From Nitrosarchaeum sp. (GTDB lineage Archaea > Thermoproteota > Nitrososphaeria > Nitrososphaerales > Nitrosopumilaceae): a stretch of 64,000 bases of DNA. The notes under the pieces are model-generated. The model was not told the origin of the DNA. It searched no databases and worked only from the letters and a program-made list of their open reading frames with translations. The translations under genes were made by a program, and so were the position numbers. Positions 57,451-64,000 of the stretch are shown here, in pieces; position 1 is the stretch's first letter; each line of letters starts with the position of its first letter. The stretch is from assembly GCA_965223865.1 (NCBI GenBank), contig OZ245020.1:32001-96000 (forward strand), in the 5' to 3' direction.

Positions 57451-57639
57451 CAAATTTTACTAAAATTGCCTGAATTTTAATATTCTTGTAAGCATAGGTG
57501 TAATTTTTAAAATTCTAACCAGAGTATGGCAAAAAAAGCTAATGGGATGATTTAGATCGTGTAATTGTTTGATATAATATACAGTTTTCCTAAATTAATT
57601 GATCGCAATCAGCAATGGTTATTTGAATTAAAGATAAAA

Positions 57640-57717
57640 TGGCGCCCTCGGCGGGATTTGAACACGCGTCTCAGCCGTGACAGGGCCGAATTCTAGACCG
57701 GGCTATACTACAAGGGC
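57640..57717 (-). tRNA. tRNA-Asp(GTC) with encoded CCA; one T-stem mismatch
   Basis: CGGCC-CT GTC AC-GGCTG anticodon arm; GCCCTTG/CGAGGGC acceptor; T arm GCGTG TTCAAAT CCCGC. Confidence 0.92.
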
Positions 57718-57813
57718 ATGAATTTTTTGAAGCAGATTGCCAGATTAAAAGTTTCTGTCAAAAAAAAATATTTTGTAAAAGACTAAATTATACACGGCAA
57801 GCATTTTTTGTGA

Positions 57814-57887
57814 GGGTCTATGGCGCAGCCAGGTAGCGCACCGGACTTTTAATCCGGTTGTCAAGGGTCCGAATCCCTTTAGACCCG
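57814..57887 (+). tRNA. tRNA-Lys(TTT)
   Basis: CCGGA-CT TTT AA-TCCGG anticodon arm; GGGTCTA/TAGACCC acceptor; T-loop TCCGAAT; followed by a T-rich tract. Confidence 0.93.
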
Positions 57888-57902
57888 CTACTTTTCTTTT
57901 AG

Positions 57903-59366
57903 TTATTGAATTATTTCATCAACTTTTTTTTGTAAGTCTTCTAGAGATAATTGGATTTTATTTTCTCTTTTAGTAAGATCAGTTCTATAGTTATTGATTT
58001 TTTGAATTCTATCAGAAATCATTCGTTTTTGTTCACCATAACCTGATGAACCATATGATCCCCTCTCCTTTAGAGAGGAGATAACAGTTGTAGAAGAGAT
58101 TATGTTTGAAACTATTTTTGAATCTACGTTAGTACCATCTACAGATTTTTTTATTTCTGTTGAAGTTAATTTCGAAATTGGTTTTTTTGATTGATGTGCA
58201 AGTTGAACCAAACTACCTGCAATTTTATGCGTTACTCTAAATGGAATTCCTTCGCGGACTAATTTTTCAGCAATGTCTAGTGCAATAAGATTACTTGATT
58301 CTGTAACTTTTTTCATTTGTTTTTTATTTACTTTCAGTGTAAGAAACATTGGTTTTAAAATTAACAAAGCACTAATAGATATTTGCGATGTTGACCAAAT
58401 AGATGATTTTACTTGTTGCAAGTCACGACCATATCCTGAAGCTAATCCTTTGATAGCTGTTAAAATTGTTGTAAGGTTTCCAATAATTTCTGCTGTTTTG
58501 CCTCTAGTCAATTCTAAAATGTCTGGATTTTTCTTTTGAGGCATCACACTTGACGGAGAAGTAAATTCATCTGCCAATTCAATAAATGAAAATTCTGATG
58601 TAGACCAAATAACAAAGTCTTCTGCAATTTTACTGAGATTTGTCATCAAAATTGCAATTATTGAAACATATTCTGCTACAAAATCACGACTACTTGTAGC
58701 ATCAAGAGAATTTTCAATAATTCCATCAAACCCCAACATTGATGCAGTACTATGCCTGTCTATAGGAATACTTGTCCCTCCAACAGGTCCTGCCCCAAGA
58801 GGACTCTGATTTATATGGTTAAATGTAACATAAAGACGGTCAAGGTCTCTAAATAACACATCTGCGTGTGCAATCAAATAATGTGAGAATAAACCTGCTT
58901 GAGCTTGTTGTAGATGAGTGTAAAGTGGCATTATTGTGTTTTGATGATTCTTTGCAAGAGATACAAGTGCTTCGATTGTATCAAGCAAACAATTACACAA
59001 AATATTGATATCGTCTCGAATTTTCATTCTAATATCAAGTACAACTTGATCATTTCGTGAACGAGCAGTATGCATTTTTCCTCCACTTGCCATTCCAGCT
59101 TTTTTGATTACAAGAGTTTCAATTAGCTCATGAATGTCTTCAGCTTCAGATGACGTATCAAATTTTTCATTTTTGAGATCATTTAATGTTGTAAGAATTT
59201 TTTTTGCATCATTTTTTGAAATGATCTGATTTTCATATAGCATTAAAACATGAGCTTGACTTCCAAGAATATCATAAAGCGCAATTTCAAAATCATCTTT
59301 AATGGATGAGACATAATCCAAAGTAATATCACTTAAATCATTGCCAAGACGTGAACGATACATCAT
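57903..59366 (-). CDS. argH: Argininosuccinate lyase
   Basis: EDIH, HTARSRNDQV, YTHLQQAQ and SSVMPQKKNPD. Confidence 0.96.
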   Translation of the reverse strand: MMYRSRLGNDLSDITLDYVSSIKDDFEIALYDILGSQAHVLMLYENQIISKNDAKKILTTLNDLKNEKFDTSSEAEDIHELIETLVIKKAGMASGGKMHTARSRNDQVVLDIRMKIRDDINILCNCLLDTIEALVSLAKNHQNTIMPLYTHLQQAQAGLFSHYLIAHADVLFRDLDRLYVTFNHINQSPLGAGPVGGTSIPIDRHSTASMLGFDGIIENSLDATSSRDFVAEYVSIIAILMTNLSKIAEDFVIWSTSEFSFIELADEFTSPSSVMPQKKNPDILELTRGKTAEIIGNLTTILTAIKGLASGYGRDLQQVKSSIWSTSQISISALLILKPMFLTLKVNKKQMKKVTESSNLIALDIAEKLVREGIPFRVTHKIAGSLVQLAHQSKKPISKLTSTEIKKSVDGTNVDSKIVSNIISSTTVISSLKERGSYGSSGYGEQKRMISDRIQKINNYRTDLTKRENKIQLSLEDLQKKVDEIIQ

Positions 59367-59412
59367 CTAAGGTTCTAGAATGGTTATATATAGCATCGAC
59401 GCTTTTGCTCAC

Positions 59413-59730
59413 ATGAGTCAAGATATCAAACAGCTAAGAGTCAAAATTTTTGATGAATTATCAAAAATCGTAGATCCTGAAATTAATACATCAATTACAG
59501 ATTTAGAATTAATTGATGAAGTGGACATTAACAACAATGATGTTAAAGTAGATTTACATCTAACAAGTCCCTTTTGTCCTGCAGTTTTTGGATTTAAAAT
59601 CTGTCAAGATATTCATGATAATTTGCTGAAGGTTGATGGAATAAATGATGTAAAAGTTAATGTATCAAATCACTTTATGGCCGAACAGATTAACAATCAA
59701 GTTAACAACAGTCCAAATCCTAAAAAATAG
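59413..59730 (+). CDS. DUF59 (SufT/MIP18) Fe-S cluster assembly protein
   Basis: IVDPEI..SI.DL.LI and LTSPFCP motifs. Confidence 0.9.
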   Translation: MSQDIKQLRVKIFDELSKIVDPEINTSITDLELIDEVDINNNDVKVDLHLTSPFCPAVFGFKICQDIHDNLLKVDGINDVKVNVSNHFMAEQINNQVNNSPNPKK

Positions 59731-59732
59731 AA

Positions 59733-60497
59733 TTAACTTCTAAATCCTAGTAAGTATCCTCTAAGCAATTGAATTCCCATAGCAGGATCAACTCCTTTTG
59801 GACATACCTGACTACAAGAACCAGCAAAATGACATCTCCAAATTCCGTGAGAATCATCAATTATCTTTAATCTGCTATCTTTTCCTTTGTCCCTGCTATC
59901 AGCAACGTATCTGTATGCTTGAGCCAAAGCCTGTGGTCCAACAAATGAGGAATCAGTTGCCATGGTTGGACATGCAGAGTTACACAAACCACATTTGATA
60001 CAGTTGGAAAATTGGATGAATTGTTCTAATTCTTCTGGTGATTGTAGCAATTCTTTGGTCTCGGTTGTTATTTCGGTATCATCTCTAATCAGATATGGTT
60101 TTACTTTATGATGAGTATCAAATAATCTATCAAATCTAACTGCTAAATCTCGAATAATTGGAAAGTTATGCATTGGTTCTACTGTTACAACATCAGAGTT
60201 TAGTTCAGACACTTTGGTAAAACATGCTAGTCTAGGTTTTCCATTTATTACCATACCACAGGACCCACATGTTGCTTGTCTGCAAGAATATCTTACAGCA
60301 ACAGAATGGTCAAAGTGTTTTTTGACATCTAAAATTACTTCTAGCACAGTAGTCCATTTTTCAACAGGAACCTTAAACTCCATGAATTTTGTATCTGAAT
60401 CATTTTGAGGATTAAATCTTGCAATTCGTAACGTGATTGGTTTTGAAGAAACCGTAGTAGATATTTTTTCCTCTGCAATAGTAGATGTTTGAGCCAT
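59733..60497 (-). CDS. sdhB: Succinate dehydrogenase Fe-S subunit
   Basis: SCRQATCGSC, CIKCGLCNSACP and CHFAGSCSQVCPK. Confidence 0.96.
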   Translation of the reverse strand: MAQTSTIAEEKISTTVSSKPITLRIARFNPQNDSDTKFMEFKVPVEKWTTVLEVILDVKKHFDHSVAVRYSCRQATCGSCGMVINGKPRLACFTKVSELNSDVVTVEPMHNFPIIRDLAVRFDRLFDTHHKVKPYLIRDDTEITTETKELLQSPEELEQFIQFSNCIKCGLCNSACPTMATDSSFVGPQALAQAYRYVADSRDKGKDSRLKIIDDSHGIWRCHFAGSCSQVCPKGVDPAMGIQLLRGYLLGFRS

Positions 60498-60498
60498 T

Positions 60499-60843
60499 CT
60501 ATACCATCCCCGTATTTACCATTATGATTGTTCTAGAACCATAAGCAATTAAACCAATCATTCCTGCAACACAACCATAAGAAACTGCTTTTTCGTATGT
60601 TCTACCCTGTTTTAATTCTAACAAAATTACTCTCAATCCGTTAAATCCATGAATTGATAATAATATCAAGATAATTTCCAATAGTCCCGCATATGGCAAA
60701 AATTGATAGTTTGCAATTACGTTTTCATATTCTAAAGATTCAGCAAATCCCTGGGTAAGACGCATGAGTATATGCACAGCTACTAATCCAATTGCTGCCA
60801 AAGCAGTTCCATAGTGAATTTTCATGATGTAGCTTTCTCTCAT
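60499..60843 (-). CDS. sdhD: Succinate dehydrogenase membrane anchor (small)
   Basis: Three TMs, HGFNGLRVIL motif, operon position. Confidence 0.85.
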   Translation of the reverse strand: MRESYIMKIHYGTALAAIGLVAVHILMRLTQGFAESLEYENVIANYQFLPYAGLLEIILILLSIHGFNGLRVILLELKQGRTYEKAVSYGCVAGMIGLIAYGSRTIIMVNTGMV

Positions 60844-60844
60844 T

Positions 60845-61279
60845 TTACTCACCAAACATTACGGCCATCCCGTACATCATTGCAATAGCAGCAAGGACAA
60901 TTGCAGAGTAAATTCCTATTTTGTGTCTAGCGTTTTGTGAAGCTGGCAAATATGGATAATCAGGTCTTGCTGGTTTTCCAACACCAATTCCACCATGTCC
61001 TAACATTACACGAATACCATTAACCGTATGAAATACACACATGCCAATTACCAATGTCAAAAACAAGTGTCCTTCGGTAGTCTGGGTCAAATCTAAAAAC
61101 TCGTCCCATCCAACTTCTCCTCGTAAAATATTGCTTGTTTCATAAATATGAGCAACAAAATATCCCAACAATCCCAAACCAGTTAATCGCATTAACCAGT
61201 AAGCTACTCTTTCAATACCATACCTACCAGGATTTGCCATCCCTCCAATTCCTTCTTTGTGTTCATCGTGTGGGTTCAT
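60845..61279 (-). CDS. sdhC: Succinate dehydrogenase cytochrome b subunit
   Basis: RLTG, AHI and FHTVNGIR motifs; operon position. Confidence 0.85.
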   Translation of the reverse strand: MNPHDEHKEGIGGMANPGRYGIERVAYWLMRLTGLGLLGYFVAHIYETSNILRGEVGWDEFLDLTQTTEGHLFLTLVIGMCVFHTVNGIRVMLGHGGIGVGKPARPDYPYLPASQNARHKIGIYSAIVLAAIAMMYGMAVMFGE

Positions 61280-62992
61280 CTAGTATTTTCTCTCCACTGG
61301 CTGATATTTGGTAATTGTTACTGGATGTGTCTTCATTATTGGCTCTTTTGGATCATAATATGCTAGTGTATGATGAAGAAAGTTTGCATCATCACGTTTT
61401 GTGTAATCGGTTCTTGCATGTGCACCACGAGATTCTTTTCGGTTTATTGCTCCAATTAGAACAACCTCTGCAGTTCTAATCATAGAATCAAGCTCCATTA
61501 CATTTGTAAAATTAGTATTGTATTCTTTTGCTTTATCATCAACATGTTTCCATGTCTGCTCCTTTAGTTGACGAATTTTTTTGAGGCCTTCAATTAGAGC
61601 ATTTTCATTTCTAAAAACATAGGCTTTCTCATTCATAGTATCAGTTAGTTCCTGACGAATTTCGTATGGATTGGCATCGCCATTTCCTCTAAAAATTCCA
61701 TCATAGATTCTCTTTTCTTCAGCGGCAACTAAATGATGTGGCCATGGATTATCAGGTAATTCTTTTTCAATGTAATCAACTGCCAGTTCTCCTGTAATCT
61801 TTCCCCATACGATACATTCAGAAGTAGAATTTGCCCCCAATCTGTTTGAACCATGAGTACTGTTACATGCAGCTTCTCCTGCTGCCCAGACACCTTGTAA
61901 TTCTGTAGCACCATCAATATCAGTATGAATACCTCCCATCATATAATGACATACGGGTCTGACATCAAGTATTTCATCAGCAGGATCAATGCCAGAAAAT
62001 TTGATTGAAATTTCTCTTATTCCTCCTAACTTTTCTTTTATTTTTTCATCACCTATATGACGTAAATCAAGTTTCATGCAATCAACTCCGGTTTCATGTT
62101 TGAAACCTCTCCCCTCATTGATTTCTGTCATCATTGAACGAGATACAATGTCTCTTGGGGCCAACTCCATTTTTCCAGCAGCATATTTTTTCATGAATCT
62201 TTCACCTTTGTTGTTTAGAAGATATCCTCCTTCACCTCTTGCACCTTCAGTAATTAAAATTCCGGATGGTAAGATTCCAGTTGGGTGAAATTGAACGAAC
62301 TCCATGTCTTTAAGAGCCATCCCAGCTCTAAAGGCCATGTCTAATCCATCTGGAGTTGATGACAACGCATATGTTGAAAAGCTGTAGAGTCTACCGGCTC
62401 CACCGGTTGCAATAATAAGCGCCTTTCCTTTTATTGTATAGAATGTTCCTGATGATAATTCAATTGCAGTAATTCCTAGAAATCTTTTTCCATCATGTAT
62501 AATTGAAGTTGCAAACCATTCATTGAGATATTCAATATTTTCAAATTTCTGACAGGTATCATAAAGTGTCTGCATTTCAAAGAAACCAACTTTGTCAGAT
62601 GCATATGTTGCCCTAGGGAAGCTGTAACCTCCAAATGCTCTTTGATCAATTCTTCCATCATTTCTTCTAGACCAAGGCATTCCCCAACGGTCTAATTGAT
62701 AGACTTGTTTTGGCATTTCATTACAAAGTTTTTCAGCAACATCTTGATCTGCAAGAAAGTCGCTGCCTTTCACAGTATCATAAATGTGAGATTCTATTGT
62801 GTCTCCCTCATCTTCAAAAAGTACAGCTGCGGTTCCCCCTTCAGCAGAAACAGAATGTGAACGCATTACCTGAAGTTTTGAAACGATACCAATCTTGATT
62901 TTCGAATTTTTTCGTGCAGCCTCTATTGCTGCTCTCAAGCCTGCCAAGCCTGAACCACAAATAATCAAATCAAATTCAATAGAATCGACCAT
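61280..62992 (-). CDS. sdhA: Succinate dehydrogenase flavoprotein subunit
   Basis: GSGLAG, RSHSVSAEGG (FAD-His), QFHPT, HYMMGG, HGSNRLG and ESRGAH. Confidence 0.97.
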   Translation of the reverse strand: MVDSIEFDLIICGSGLAGLRAAIEAARKNSKIKIGIVSKLQVMRSHSVSAEGGTAAVLFEDEGDTIESHIYDTVKGSDFLADQDVAEKLCNEMPKQVYQLDRWGMPWSRRNDGRIDQRAFGGYSFPRATYASDKVGFFEMQTLYDTCQKFENIEYLNEWFATSIIHDGKRFLGITAIELSSGTFYTIKGKALIIATGGAGRLYSFSTYALSSTPDGLDMAFRAGMALKDMEFVQFHPTGILPSGILITEGARGEGGYLLNNKGERFMKKYAAGKMELAPRDIVSRSMMTEINEGRGFKHETGVDCMKLDLRHIGDEKIKEKLGGIREISIKFSGIDPADEILDVRPVCHYMMGGIHTDIDGATELQGVWAAGEAACNSTHGSNRLGANSTSECIVWGKITGELAVDYIEKELPDNPWPHHLVAAEEKRIYDGIFRGNGDANPYEIRQELTDTMNEKAYVFRNENALIEGLKKIRQLKEQTWKHVDDKAKEYNTNFTNVMELDSMIRTAEVVLIGAINRKESRGAHARTDYTKRDDANFLHHTLAYYDPKEPIMKTHPVTITKYQPVERKY

Positions 62993-63087
62993 TTTTCAAA
63001 CAAAATTCCTAACATGCGGGTTAAATATGTAGTAATGGAACCTCAGGAATAGAAGAGTTATATTTATCGCTAGTGATATCACTAGTG

Positions 63088-63594
63088 ATGATTTCTGAAT
63101 GGTTTCAGAGAGTAGGAAGTTCCGTTCCTAGAGGATTTTCAAGATACTTTATCCTTGAGTTATTAAAGAAACAACCACACACAGGAAAAGAGATCATCGA
63201 CTATGCAGTAGAGCAGAGTAATGGAATTTGGAAACCCTCACCAGGGTTAATCTATCCATTATTGGGGAGATTACTTGATGAGGGATTAATTGAAGAAACA
63301 AAAAGTGGAAAATATCGACTTACAGCAAAAGGAATGGAGACTGCAAAAGACGTTGACAAAATTACAGATATTGTAAAAAAACAGATTGATGTTCTGTTCA
63401 GATTAGGAAATGTTGGGAGGTTTGTTGCAATGGATTTACTTGAGAAGATTGCGGCAATGGGTTCTATTCTTAGCTCAAATGTAGGAAATATGACTGAAGA
63501 TGAGACCCAAAAATATAGAAAATTCCTTCAAGACGAACTAAAGAAAATTGATGAAAAAAATGAAAAGAAAGGAAAAGAAATTAAAATCGACTAA
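63088..63594 (+). CDS. PadR-family transcriptional regulator
   Basis: PRG, WKPSPG.IYP.L..L..EGLI and YRLT.KG. Confidence 0.9.
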   Translation: MISEWFQRVGSSVPRGFSRYFILELLKKQPHTGKEIIDYAVEQSNGIWKPSPGLIYPLLGRLLDEGLIEETKSGKYRLTAKGMETAKDVDKITDIVKKQIDVLFRLGNVGRFVAMDLLEKIAAMGSILSSNVGNMTEDETQKYRKFLQDELKKIDEKNEKKGKEIKID

Positions 63595-63638
63595 TTATTT
63601 TTGAAAAGTAAAAATTAATCTGTTTTTTGAAGACTTTA

Positions 63639-64000
63639 TTGACATCACTAACTAGACAACAAAGGTCTATAGTCTTTGGTTCATGGCTTGGATGGTCACT
63701 TGATGGTTATGATCTGGTATTGATGTTACTTGTAATACCATTAATTAGTACATTATTTTTCCCAGCTGAAGATCCGACATTTTCACTATTAGCAACATTT
63801 GCAGCATACATCATTACGTTGATTATGCGACCATTTGGAGGTGCATTTTTTGGAAACTTTGGTGACAAACATGGAAGAAAAAAAGCCATGATAATCACAA
63901 TCATGGGATTTTCTGCTGCAACATTTGCAACAGGTCTTTTACCAACATGGCAGATGATTGGTTTTGCGGCGCCAATTTTGTTAATAGGATTACGATTTAT
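63639..64000 (+). CDS. MFS transporter (metabolite:H+ symporter-like), 3'-partial
   Basis: TTG start; translation ...GWSLDGYD...LFFP...MRPFGGAFFGNFGDKHGRKK (MFS motif A); open to the window end. Confidence 0.9.
   Translation, partial: MTSLTRQQRSIVFGSWLGWSLDGYDLVLMLLVIPLISTLFFPAEDPTFSLLATFAAYIITLIMRPFGGAFFGNFGDKHGRKKAMIITIMGFSAATFATGLLPTWQMIGFAAPILLIGLRF

Noticed and set aside
56975-57463. 162-aa Ser/Ala/Phe-rich plus-strand ORF
   Set aside because: Antisense mirror of the Ala/Glu/Lys-rich gene, whose codons lack reverse-strand stops
1-64000. CRISPR arrays, IS elements, integrases, proviral or defence genes
   Set aside because: No regularly spaced repeats, terminal inverted repeats or transposase/integrase motifs seen by eye; tRNA flanks carry core or small genes

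Overview
AT-rich archaeal chromosomal segment whose gene content and order fit an ammonia-oxidising archaeon of the Nitrosopumilaceae (Nitrososphaerota/Thaumarchaeota). It is mostly core genome: rps13-rps4; an rpoN-eno-rps2-MEMO1-mevalonate/isoprenoid-gltX superoperon; non-oxidative pentose phosphate genes with a transketolase-N/Rpe fusion; pepA; a stand-alone 5S rRNA; ABCE1; an 11-subunit complex I (nuoABCDHIJKMLN); the acetyl/propionyl-CoA carboxylase of the HP/HB carbon-fixation cycle; rfcL; FNR; argH; sdhACDB; and six tRNAs. I saw no mobile element, CRISPR array or defence island. The most notable observations are: (i) a HemA paralogue lacking the catalytic Cys and the dimerisation domain, apparently co-transcribed with an Ala/Glu/Lys-rich protein; (ii) several small ORFs under 60 aa missed by the ORF track, including His/Cys-rich, C2H2, DUF1059-like, single-TM and Gly/Arg-rich peptides, with a three-gene cluster next to the 5S rRNA; (iii) a 15-nt BHB intron in the T-loop of tRNA-Glu; (iv) a LarA-like protein without its cofactor ligands; (v) several single-base frameshifts, one in isopentenyl phosphate kinase. 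All calls come from reading motifs by eye; no database searches were run.
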